Source: an uncultured Pirellulaceae bacterium
GTDB lineage: Bacteria; Planctomycetota; Planctomycetia; Pirellulales; Pirellulaceae
Length of the DNA: 64,000 nt
Direction of reading: 5' to 3'
Assembly (NCBI GenBank): GCA_964433035.1
Contig: CAYSQZ010000003.1
Coordinates: 579 to 64,578, forward strand
The notes beneath the pieces are model-generated. The model did no database searches and had not been told where the DNA came from. It was given only the letters and a program-made list of their open reading frames with translations. Each line of letters begins with the position of its first letter. Within the stretch, counting starts at the first letter, position 1. Both the position numbers and the translations under genes were made by a program. This document shows positions 55,333 to 64,000 of this stretch, piece by piece.

Positions 55333-57210
55333 ATGAGCTTGAATAATTTGAGGTTTCACAAGAGCCACCTGGGAAGAATGACGACGAAAACGAAGAAACA
55401 GAAACAGAAAAAATCGCTTCATTGCGATCCGGGCTTTGCTTCGCAGTGGGCCAACAGTGACATCGATCTTTGCAAGTCTCCGCAAAAACTGCTGAAGGTT
55501 TTCCAGAAGAAATCGGAAAGCCAAGCAAGCGATCCGCAGTCGCCGTTAACCTGGTTTGTCAACGAATTGCATGACAGCGAAGCCATTAAGACGATTGACT
55601 TTTGGTATCGGCGGCAAATGAGCCAGGCCGACTTGTGTGAATTGTTTTTAGACGTGCGAGATTTTGTGGAGGAGTTAACCAGGGCAAATGATTCGACCAA
55701 CCAGAATACGAGCCATCCAGATTCCAGTCGCGATGGGCTGGGTGTTGGGACCGCGCTGACGGCCGTTGGGGCTTGCCATTCGCTTCGCACAGTCGCGGGG
55801 TTCGGTCCTTTGATGGAATGGAACGGGATGGTTGCTCAGTTGCTTGATCTTGCCACCGCTGCTGCCGCGGATTTGGATCTTGCGCCTGCGGTCTACCAAG
55901 TGCTTGCGATCGAAGCTCCACTGACGGTCGCATTTCAGTTTCCCGAGATTGAAGATCATCGTCAGTTGGCGATACGGTGTTGTCAAAAATTGACGGACTC
56001 GCTTGAGGATAAGCTCGACCACGATGGTTGGCCGCATGCACGGTATCTGGATGAATTCGGGTTGTTGGCGGCAAGCTGGGTTCGTTGCGGATTGTTGCTC
56101 AAAAAGATGGGAGTCGAATTGGAATCAGATTCGGAATCCCAGCTCGAATGGGTTGTTCGGCAATTGATACGAGTGACTGGCCCAGATGGCAGGCCTCTTT
56201 TTTCTTCCGGTGATGAGCGACCTTGGGGCGATAGTTTGGCGCTGTGCCTGAAGCGATTGTCAGGTGATGACGACGATAAAAAGCTTTTGAAGCTCCGGCG
56301 CCCCAGCACTGCAGTTGAAAGAAAAAAAGCCAAATCAGGTAAATCGAAATCCGACAAAGCAAGTCCAAAGAAGCTTCCGGCAACCAGTTGTCTTTCTGAA
56401 TGGGCCGATTCGGGCGTCTTGCGCAGCCATTGGGGGGCAGGATCCCCATTAGTTGGTCTGGATTATTCGTCTAGCTCGATTCGGATGTCGATCGCTCGGT
56501 CAGTGAACTTGATTTCTGGAAAGGCGATGCCTGAAATCACTATCAATTCGAAATCTGTCAAGGCTGAGTCAGAATTGGAGGTCGTGTGCGAACAAAGCGA
56601 CGCTGACGTCGAGTACGTTGAGTTGGAAACGGATCTTGGTGAGGGGGCTGTTTTCAATCGGCAGATTTTGCTCTCGCGTGATGAAGAGTTTTTGCTGGTG
56701 GCTGATGTCGTGGTGCCGCAGCAGTCGTCGCGAATCGAATATCGCTGTGACTACCGGCTTGCCCCGGGGATCGTGGGCTTGCAAGAAACTGAGAACCGGG
56801 AGATCTATTTGCGGACCGATGAGATTCAAGCCTTGGTGCTGCCGCTTGCTCTACCTGAGTGGAAAGTTGATCGCTGCAATGATCGGCTGGAATTTGATCA
56901 GGATAAGTTAACGTTGACCCAAACGCTCGGAGGTCGCGGGTTGTATGCGCCGTTGTTCTTTGATCTAAATCCGCTTCGCAGCCGTAAGAAGCGGACATGG
57001 CGGCAGCTGACAGTCGGTGAAAATCTCAAAACGGTACCGCGCGATGTTGCGGGTGCTTATCGCGTGCAGTTAGACGAACAACAGTGGTGTTTTTATCGGG
57101 CGATCAGCAATCCTGGGAATCGAACCTTTCTTGGCGAGAACGTTAATGACGAATTCGTTTTTAATCGGTTTAAGAAGAACGGATCAGTGACGCCTTTGAT
57201 CAGAATTTAG
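55333..57210 (+). CDS. Hypothetical protein (625 aa): helical N-half, beta-rich C-half
   Basis: A long ORF with a Lys-rich internal linker. Its overall layout is faintly reminiscent of heparinase II/III-like proteins, but I can name no diagnostic motif. Confidence 0.55.
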   Translation: MSLNNLRFHKSHLGRMTTKTKKQKQKKSLHCDPGFASQWANSDIDLCKSPQKLLKVFQKKSESQASDPQSPLTWFVNELHDSEAIKTIDFWYRRQMSQADLCELFLDVRDFVEELTRANDSTNQNTSHPDSSRDGLGVGTALTAVGACHSLRTVAGFGPLMEWNGMVAQLLDLATAAAADLDLAPAVYQVLAIEAPLTVAFQFPEIEDHRQLAIRCCQKLTDSLEDKLDHDGWPHARYLDEFGLLAASWVRCGLLLKKMGVELESDSESQLEWVVRQLIRVTGPDGRPLFSSGDERPWGDSLALCLKRLSGDDDDKKLLKLRRPSTAVERKKAKSGKSKSDKASPKKLPATSCLSEWADSGVLRSHWGAGSPLVGLDYSSSSIRMSIARSVNLISGKAMPEITINSKSVKAESELEVVCEQSDADVEYVELETDLGEGAVFNRQILLSRDEEFLLVADVVVPQQSSRIEYRCDYRLAPGIVGLQETENREIYLRTDEIQALVLPLALPEWKVDRCNDRLEFDQDKLTLTQTLGGRGLYAPLFFDLNPLRSRKKRTWRQLTVGENLKTVPRDVAGAYRVQLDEQQWCFYRAISNPGNRTFLGENVNDEFVFNRFKKNGSVTPLIRI

Positions 57211-57220
57211 TCGTGGTTTT

Positions 57221-57913
57221 ATGCTTGAGCAATTGAAAACAAATTATGAGGCGATCCAAGGTCGCATTTCCGAGGCCGCTGCCAAGTCGTCCCGCGATGC
57301 GGCGGAGATTACTTTGGTCGGAGTGACGAAATACGTTGACGTTGAGACAACTCGTTGTCTATTCGAAGCCGGCTGTGTCGATCTGGGAGAGAATCGTCCC
57401 CAAGTTGTCTGGGAAAAGACTTCGGCGCTGGCTGAGTTGCCAATCAGTTGGCATATGATCGGTCACTTGCAACGTAACAAAGTCAAACGGACAGTGGCGT
57501 GTTGCGAGCTCATTCATTCGGTCGATAGCGAGCGGTTGTTGACCGCGATTAACGACGCAGCGGCTGCTCATCAGAAGACCGCTCGTGTTTTGCTCGAATT
57601 CAATGTGTCGGGTGAGTCGGCCAAGCACGGTTTTTCAGAGCAGGATATGCCCCATGTGTTGGAATTCGTTGCAGGGCTGGAAAACGTTCAGGTCGAGGGC
57701 TTGATGTGCATGGCGGGTTTGGTTGGCGATCAAGACGATGCTCGCCGAGAGTTTGCGATGCTTCGCTCAATCAAGGAGCAGTTTGAGTCTGATGTTCCGG
57801 ACAATGTAAAATTGAAAGAGCTGTCGATGGGAATGAGCGGCGATTTTGAGATCGCGATTGAGGAGGGTGCGACGTTGGTGAGAGTTGGTTCGTTGTTGTT
57901 CAGCGGGATTTGA
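57221..57913 (+). CDS. yggS: YggS-family pyridoxal-phosphate homeostasis protein
   Basis: LVGVTKY (PLP lysine), GENRPQ, HMIGHLQRNK and SMGMSGDFEIAIEEGAT motifs. 230 aa. Confidence 0.9.
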   Translation: MLEQLKTNYEAIQGRISEAAAKSSRDAAEITLVGVTKYVDVETTRCLFEAGCVDLGENRPQVVWEKTSALAELPISWHMIGHLQRNKVKRTVACCELIHSVDSERLLTAINDAAAAHQKTARVLLEFNVSGESAKHGFSEQDMPHVLEFVAGLENVQVEGLMCMAGLVGDQDDARREFAMLRSIKEQFESDVPDNVKLKELSMGMSGDFEIAIEEGATLVRVGSLLFSGI

Positions 57914-58154
57914 ATCTTCATAGCCCATTGGCGAATATTGATTCCATGTTCATCGGGTGCGAACTGAAGTTAATGGCATGCCGTGGTCTGCAGTGCAGCG
58001 AAGAGGCACAGTTGCAAAGCGGCGAGTTGCCCGCGCCTGACTCAATGGCGACGCTCACTGCAATCTTGGCGGCACGATCGCGGTCTTGGCGTCGACGACG
58101 CCCGTGACCATGATCACGTCGCGCTTTTTTCCTTCCCCCTTCTCGCTCGCCTTT

Positions 58155-60314
58155 CTAGTCCGATATTTTTTCGTCCAAGTGCATCCACTTTTTAAGGATT
58201 GGCGAAATCAAGAGGCAGAAAACTCCGGAAGCCACCGCCATGATCGAAATCAATTTGTAAACATCACCATAGATGTGGACCGTTTCACTTGGAATTGGAA
58301 CGAAATTTCCGCCTCCTTCATTAACGGCCGCAAACTGAGCGATAATAGCTGCTAAGAATTGGGAAAACGCGGTGGCCAGAAACCACGAGCCCATCACCGT
58401 GCTCACCAATCGTTTGGGAGACATGTTGGTTACCATCGACAAACCAACAGGTGACAAACACAGCTCACCGGTTGTTAGCAATAGATACATTAGCAGCAGC
58501 CAGAACGCTTTTACCATTCCATCTGGATCGGACGATTGAGCTCCGAAGTAAAGCATGGCGAAACCAAGTCCCAATTGAATCAAGCCAAATGCAAACTTGA
58601 CAGGGGCGCTGGGTTCCATCCCTCGAGTACCAAGGAAAGTCCAGAGTGCCGTGAAAACCAAGCCAAAAATCATGATGTAAATCGGATTTACCGACTGGAA
58701 TACTGAAGCCGGAATTTCAGTTCCGCCGATCCCAAGTTTGCCGACGTTTTCTTCAGTGAATTGCCACTGGATGACTTTGCTATTGTCAGTTGCTTTGTCA
58801 GATTTTGCGAACTCACGAAGATAAGTCAGTGCTGTCATCGTAAATTTGGGCTGTTCCTTTAGTTCTTTGATCGTTGCAGCCAGCTTTTCCGGATCCATGC
58901 GCTTGGACTCTTCTTTGGAGGCTTCGACTCCACGAATTGCAGTTTCGATTTGTGAGTTGATCTCGTCCGACCCGTTTTCATGCCCCAGAAATTCCTGAGT
59001 CAGCAGCATCAGGTCTTTGTCAGCATCATTGCCAGTGTCAACGAGCAGTTTGAATCTTTGGCCTTGGCCTACGTCGTCGTTGGCAATCAATCGCTCTTCG
59101 TTGACACGATCAACATTCCTGTCGGTAAAGTTGTTGACGCTACTTCCCGATTGCTCAAAAAACGCCCAGAACAATAGCGAGAAAAAGGTAAGAACAAAAA
59201 CAACGAACATTCGTTCTCTGGCGACTTTGTCCATGCGGAATGCTTCTCGCACGAGATAAAATGTCGCACCTAAGCCTGCCAGAATCAAAACAAGCCCGGC
59301 CGGGCGGCTAGCCTCTTTGACGAATTCAGCCAGTCCTTTGACAAGCTTTGACTCCGAGTCCTCCAGTGGTTTCAACGTTGCTTCGGGAATCAATGTGACT
59401 TGCTCATTGATACCTGGAATGACCTGCAATCCAGAGACGAGAACAACAAAGACAGGGATTAGCAGTGCCGTGCCCAGTAGAACTTTAGTGAGGTGTCCCC
59501 AATATTTGTTGTAATCCGGGGCACCGCCAACTTCCTTTGGTAGGCCTCCTCGGGCCAATGCCGTAACCGCTGCCGAGCCTGACAGAACCAAAGCGATCGC
59601 GACGAAAATATTCGAAACAATCGAGAAGGTGTCTCCAGCGTTGTAGAACAACAGTCCGTAGGCACTGGCTAAGGCAGTCGAGAGGATCATCAGTTGGGTC
59701 AAAATAGTTGGAGCGACGAATACCGCCAGTCCGACCAGCATTCCGATTGTCGCCAGTCCGAATCCAAGGTGCCAGCCATAGGTTTCACCGACATAGCCAC
59801 AAAGTAGCGGAGCCATGGCAGCACCGAGGTTGATGCCGATATAAAAAATCGTAAATCCGCCATCTCGTTTTGGGCTTCCTTCTGGATAAAGCGAGCCCAC
59901 GATTGTCGAAATGTTAGGTTTGAAGAATCCGTTACCTGCAATCAGCAGTCCCAACGCAGTGAAGAACATTAAGTCGGTTTCAAACATCATCAGCAGATGG
60001 CCTGCCGCCATCAGCAGTCCACCAATCACCACCGCCGTTCGCGCTCCAAGCAATTTGTCGGCAATCATCCCACCGAAAAAAGGAGTCATGTATACGAGCG
60101 CTGTGTAAGCACCGTAAACTGCCGTGGCATCTTTGTCGCCGTATCCAAGAAACCCTTTGATCATGTAAAGCAAAAGGAGCGCCCGCATACCGTAGTACGA
60201 AAACCGCTCCCACATTTCAGCAAAGAACAGCGTGTAAAGCCCTGTTGGATGCCCGAACAATGTGGGCGAATTTTCCGCGTCAAAGGTCATCGGCTGATTG
60301 TCAGAAGGCGACAT
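58155..60314 (-). CDS. Proton-dependent oligopeptide transporter (POT/PTR2, MFS) with large soluble insertion
   Basis: FFAEMWERFSYYGMRALL (ExxERFxYY), FKPNIS and FEQSGSS motifs. At 719 aa it is longer than my recollection of typical bacterial POT transporters. Confidence 0.9.
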   Translation of the reverse strand: MSPSDNQPMTFDAENSPTLFGHPTGLYTLFFAEMWERFSYYGMRALLLLYMIKGFLGYGDKDATAVYGAYTALVYMTPFFGGMIADKLLGARTAVVIGGLLMAAGHLLMMFETDLMFFTALGLLIAGNGFFKPNISTIVGSLYPEGSPKRDGGFTIFYIGINLGAAMAPLLCGYVGETYGWHLGFGLATIGMLVGLAVFVAPTILTQLMILSTALASAYGLLFYNAGDTFSIVSNIFVAIALVLSGSAAVTALARGGLPKEVGGAPDYNKYWGHLTKVLLGTALLIPVFVVLVSGLQVIPGINEQVTLIPEATLKPLEDSESKLVKGLAEFVKEASRPAGLVLILAGLGATFYLVREAFRMDKVARERMFVVFVLTFFSLLFWAFFEQSGSSVNNFTDRNVDRVNEERLIANDDVGQGQRFKLLVDTGNDADKDLMLLTQEFLGHENGSDEINSQIETAIRGVEASKEESKRMDPEKLAATIKELKEQPKFTMTALTYLREFAKSDKATDNSKVIQWQFTEENVGKLGIGGTEIPASVFQSVNPIYIMIFGLVFTALWTFLGTRGMEPSAPVKFAFGLIQLGLGFAMLYFGAQSSDPDGMVKAFWLLLMYLLLTTGELCLSPVGLSMVTNMSPKRLVSTVMGSWFLATAFSQFLAAIIAQFAAVNEGGGNFVPIPSETVHIYGDVYKLISIMAVASGVFCLLISPILKKWMHLDEKISD

Positions 60315-60690
60315 TCGTAACTCCGCATCGGGCTGATGTTGTTTCGCAAGAGCTGTGTCCCGAATCAGGCTTGCGAGCTTGGTATGCCAAAGGTGCTAAT
60401 TTAATTAAAAAAGCTATTGAGAATCCAGCATAGATGCCAAAAAAATGTCGATAGGATGAAAAGAGCCGGTTTAATTTTTGGCTTTGGGGGTGCAATGCGA
60501 AACTTGGAGAGACAAACGGGTCAACGTAGGCTGTTTGTTTGCCCAGTAGGTTAGTTTTCAGATCGCAACCAAGACGTTAGACTTAACCGGAAGAATACGG
60601 GGAGATCCGTATTGGAAAACGTTTTAGTATTAGATAACTCGTGTGCACCAAGGCAGTCGCTTGAGTACAGTCGCTTCAGGAAAAAAATCT

Positions 60691-61977
60691 ATGTCAAAAG
60701 TGGCCAAATTGCAGGTTGAGGGTCATGATCTCGAGTTCCCAGTTGTTGAGGGAACCGAAAATGAAAAAGCGATCGACATCGGCGTGCTACGAAAGCAAAC
60801 CGGTTTGATCACCATTGACGAGGGATTCGTAAACACCGGATCGACATCCAGTGCGATCACGTTTCTCAATGGCGAGCAAGGCGTGCTGCGATATCGTGGA
60901 TACGCGATCGAAGATCTGGCGAAAAACTGTGACTTTATGGAAGTCGCGTTTCTGTTGGTCTACGGAGAGCTACCGACAAAATCCGAGATTGACGAGTTTC
61001 GTGATTCGATTCGGCATCACACGATGCTCCACGAAGACATGCGGCTGTTCTACAATGGCTTTCCACGTGACGCTCATCCGATGGCGATTTTGTCGAGTGT
61101 TGTCGGTGCGCTGTCAACGTTTTATCAGGATTCGCTTGACCCCAACGATCCAGAGCAGGTCGAGATTTCGATCCATCGTCTGCTGGCCAAGCTTCCTACC
61201 ATTGCGGCTTATAGTCACAACAAATCCAACGGGATTCCATTTTCGTATCCCAAGAACGATCTCGAGTACTGCGAGAACTTTTTGCAGATGATGTTTTCGG
61301 TGCCCAGCGAAGACTACAAAGCCGATCCGCTATTCGTCGAAGCGTTGAACATGCTGCTGATCGTGCATGCGGATCACGAGCAGAATTGTAGTACATCGAC
61401 TGTCAGGGTTGTCGGCTCGGCCAACGCGAATTTGTTCGCATCGATTTCGGCCGGGATTTGTGCTTTGTGGGGACCGCTTCATGGTGGAGCCAACGAAGCC
61501 GTTGTGGCGATGCTGCAGCGGATTCACGAAGATGGTGGCGATGTTGATAAATATGTCGAGATGGCCAAGGACAAGACCAACGGATTCCGGTTGATGGGAT
61601 TTGGTCACCGTGTCTACAAGAACTTTGATCCGCGAGCCAAGATTATCAAGACATACTGTGATCAGCTTTTGGAAAAATTGAATCTCGACGATCCACTGTT
61701 TGAGATCGCTCAAAAATTGGAAAAGGTCGCTTTGGAGGACGAGTATTTCGTCAAGCGAAAACTGTATCCCAACGTTGATTTTTATTCTGGTGTGATCTAT
61801 CGGGCGATGGGAATTCCGGTACAGATGTTTACTGTATTGTTTGCCATTGGTCGTTTGCCCGGCTGGATCGCTCATTGGAAAGAGATGCACGAATCTCCAA
61901 CCAAAAGAATTTGTCGGCCTCGCCAGGTTTATATCGGCCCCAACTCGCGTCAGTTCGTTCCGATCGACAAGAGATAA
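60691..61977 (+). CDS. gltA: Citrate synthase (type II)
   Basis: VHADHEQNCSTSTVR, GPLHGGANE and GFGHRVYKNFDPR motifs. The ATG at 60691 gives about 428 aa. Confidence 0.95.
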   Translation: MSKVAKLQVEGHDLEFPVVEGTENEKAIDIGVLRKQTGLITIDEGFVNTGSTSSAITFLNGEQGVLRYRGYAIEDLAKNCDFMEVAFLLVYGELPTKSEIDEFRDSIRHHTMLHEDMRLFYNGFPRDAHPMAILSSVVGALSTFYQDSLDPNDPEQVEISIHRLLAKLPTIAAYSHNKSNGIPFSYPKNDLEYCENFLQMMFSVPSEDYKADPLFVEALNMLLIVHADHEQNCSTSTVRVVGSANANLFASISAGICALWGPLHGGANEAVVAMLQRIHEDGGDVDKYVEMAKDKTNGFRLMGFGHRVYKNFDPRAKIIKTYCDQLLEKLNLDDPLFEIAQKLEKVALEDEYFVKRKLYPNVDFYSGVIYRAMGIPVQMFTVLFAIGRLPGWIAHWKEMHESPTKRICRPRQVYIGPNSRQFVPIDKR

Positions 61978-62087
61978 GCCGCCGTGGCCGGTTTATTCCT
62001 TGGGTCCAGGGTCAGACAAAGACAATTCATATTGGACTGAGCGACTTGCCGCTCATCAGATGGGTTTCGAAGCGAGATTGTGGCTTG

Positions 62088-62495
62088 ATGAACGATCAAC
62101 AAGCAAAAGGTAACCCTTATTCTGCCCCACTAGCTCAGGAGGATTCTTCCAATGGTGATCGCCAGGATGTGGTCCCACAGACGACGCTGGGGCAAATTGG
62201 AAAACGTGTTTTCCTGGAATGGGAAAAGTTGCGATTGGTCTATATTGGAATTCTCGTGACCTTCACCGTTTTGATTGGCCTGTCACAGTTGGGCCATCCG
62301 GGCTTTTGGCTGGTGGCGGTTTTCGGAGGAGTCGTTGCCAATCTATGCTTCTTTATTGGCCCGATCATTGAGACGTATGTGACCTGGTTGGGGTTTCGCT
62401 CGGTGGCAATTCGCTGGGTAATGTTTGTCGCGGGTACGCTCTTTACGATGGCCTCGGCGGCAGCGACGATCTTTTCACTGCCGAGCTTGAAGTGA
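62088..62495 (+). CDS. Small membrane protein (about 135 aa, 3-4 TM), unknown function
   Basis: The internal ATG at 62088 lies after the gltA stop. Hydrophobic helices follow a short polar N-terminus. Confidence 0.5.
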   Translation: MNDQQAKGNPYSAPLAQEDSSNGDRQDVVPQTTLGQIGKRVFLEWEKLRLVYIGILVTFTVLIGLSQLGHPGFWLVAVFGGVVANLCFFIGPIIETYVTWLGFRSVAIRWVMFVAGTLFTMASAAATIFSLPSLK

Positions 62496-62711
62496 AACCG
62501 AATGTTTGAACTTCAGGTACTATCTCGCCATCCAAGTATCTTGCCACCCAACCAAGCCTGAAAGTTCGCTTCATATTTGCTAGGATGGTTGAAGCCAAGC
62601 CGGCGGGATTTCGGTTTCGATTTATATCAAGCGACTCGATCACAAGCTCATCGACAGCCTTTTCGTTCACATCGAAGTCTCTCACCCTATTTAAGAAACG
62701 AATTCTACATC

Positions 62712-64000
62712 ATGAGCGACATTGAAAAGACGCTCCAAGCGCTTCGAGACGCCGTCAGCTTGGCTCCCGGAAACTTCGGGCTGACTGAGCACTATGTTAA
62801 AACGCTATTGGATCTGACACGATATCAAGAAGCTGAAGACTTTCTGAGTGAAACGATTGCCAATCAGCCAAAATCAAGTCAGTTGCAACTGTTGATGGCG
62901 GAAGTCTTTTATCGAGCCAGTAAAAACAGTCACGCCTTGGCGATCGTGGAAACGCTCAGCGACGCTGATCCGCCATTGGCAGGAGCGATGGTATTGCAAG
63001 CCAAATTGTTATACCGCGCTGGTGATGTTGAGTCGGCAGTTTACAAATACAAAGCCGCGATTGAGATCGATGAGGACTCGGCCGACGGTGAATTTGCCAG
63101 CCTGCTTGGGATCGTTACTGCTGATTCCTGGGGCTCTGCCGAAAGTTCTGATGAAGTCGTTGACGGTCGAATTCGGCAGGCCGTTTCTGAGCCCGATGAT
63201 AATCAAGACCAATACATCGAAAAACCAACGATTAAGTTTGAACAAGTCGGCGGGATGGAGTCGGTCAAAGAGCAGATTCGCGTCAAGATTATCTACCCGA
63301 TCACCCACGCGGAAATGTTTGCCGCGTATGGGAAAAAAGCCGGTGGTGGAATTCTGATGTACGGGCCACCTGGCTGCGGCAAGACTTATATTGCTCGGGC
63401 GACTGCTGGTGAAGTCAAAGCCAACTTTGTTTCGATCGGCATCAATGACGTGCTTGATATGTGGATCGGCAACAGCGAACGCAACCTGCATCAGTTGTTC
63501 CAGCAGGCGCGCAATAACAGGCCTTGTGTGCTGTTTTTTGACGAAGTCGACGCGCTTGGCGCCAGCCGAAGTGATATGCGACAGAGCGCTGGCCGGCATT
63601 TGGTCAATCAGTTCCTGTCTGAAATGGACGGTGCCAAAAGCGACAACGAAGGCGTCTTGATTCTTGGTGCGACCAATGCTCCCTGGCATGTTGACAGTGC
63701 GTTCCGGCGACCGGGACGGTTTGATCAGGTGCTGTTTGTTCCGCCCCCGGACGAAACGGCTCGTGAAGAGATTTTGAAAATCGCGTTAGATGGTAAACCT
63801 GTCGAAAATGTTGACTTAAAAAAAGTTGCAGCGAAAACCAAAGACTTCTCAGGAGCCGATTTGGGAGCCGTGGTCGAGACAGCCGTCGAAAGCAAGCTTC
63901 AGGAAGCGATCAAGTCAGGAATGCCATCGCCGATCACAACCAAAGATCTGTTGAAGACCCTCAAAAAGGTGAAGCCGACGACTTCTGAGTGGTTTGCGAC
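62712..64000 (+). CDS. TPR-repeat + AAA+ ATPase (CDC48/FtsH-type AAA family), 3' end outside window
   Basis: Hand-translated from the ATG at 62712, the frame has no stop to base 64000, and it is not in the supplied ORF track. It has Walker A GPPGCGKT, Walker B VLFFDEVD, the second region of homology (GATNAPWHVDSAFRRPGRFD), and an N-terminal TPR-like helical region. The listed minus ORF 63009..63689 is its antisense shadow. Confidence 0.85.
   Translation, partial: MSDIEKTLQALRDAVSLAPGNFGLTEHYVKTLLDLTRYQEAEDFLSETIANQPKSSQLQLLMAEVFYRASKNSHALAIVETLSDADPPLAGAMVLQAKLLYRAGDVESAVYKYKAAIEIDEDSADGEFASLLGIVTADSWGSAESSDEVVDGRIRQAVSEPDDNQDQYIEKPTIKFEQVGGMESVKEQIRVKIIYPITHAEMFAAYGKKAGGGILMYGPPGCGKTYIARATAGEVKANFVSIGINDVLDMWIGNSERNLHQLFQQARNNRPCVLFFDEVDALGASRSDMRQSAGRHLVNQFLSEMDGAKSDNEGVLILGATNAPWHVDSAFRRPGRFDQVLFVPPPDETAREEILKIALDGKPVENVDLKKVAAKTKDFSGADLGAVVETAVESKLQEAIKSGMPSPITTKDLLKTLKKVKPTTSEWFA

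Noticed and set aside
63009-63689. 226-aa minus-strand ORF
   Set aside because: It is the antisense shadow of the unlisted TPR-AAA ATPase gene, whose Walker A/B motifs are unambiguous on the plus strand.

Overview
This is a 64-kb chromosomal segment whose gene content looks like Planctomycetota, probably Pirellulales (inference). Supporting idioms are an SHD1-domain secreted protein, dockerin-like C-terminal modules, a PEP-CTERM protein, a sulfatase, LolCDE-like genes with large inserts, and many long low-complexity linkers. Most of the window is ordinary housekeeping or envelope genes: RND/MMPL transporter (5' truncated), Gfo/Idh/MocA oxidoreductase, thioredoxin, GT2, ComM/YifB, QueC-like, aminotransferase plus acetyltransferase, RlmKL, LeuA, Wza-like exporter, LolD/LolE-like, LysS, SDR, HflX, arylsulfatase, two CelD-like GNAT paralogs, PQQ sugar dehydrogenase, YggS, POT peptide transporter, GltA, and a TPR-AAA ATPase that runs off the 3' end and is absent from the ORF track. 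I recognised no rRNA, CRISPR array, transposase or integrase.

The stand-out locus is 28.9-31.8 kb. It holds a tRNA-Phe(GAA)-like RNA whose D, anticodon, variable and T arms are canonical but whose acceptor stem cannot pair. A 21-bp long-range helix lies just upstream. Downstream on the same strand is a divergent TROVE+vWA (Ro60/Rsr-like) protein, translationally coupled to an unknown 323-aa partner. I read this as a candidate Y-RNA-like ribonucleoprotein module.

Other items worth a second look:
- an AEP primase-polymerase fused to a HAD phosphatase;
- a frameshifted, N-terminally truncated ruvB remnant;
- a QueC-like enzyme lacking the zinc-binding cysteine cluster, next to a divergent WYL regulator;
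- a bacterial LITAF-like zinc-ribbon membrane protein;
- several dispersed palindromic or direct repeat families in intergenic DNA.

All family calls come from motif recognition by eye and need HMM or structure confirmation.
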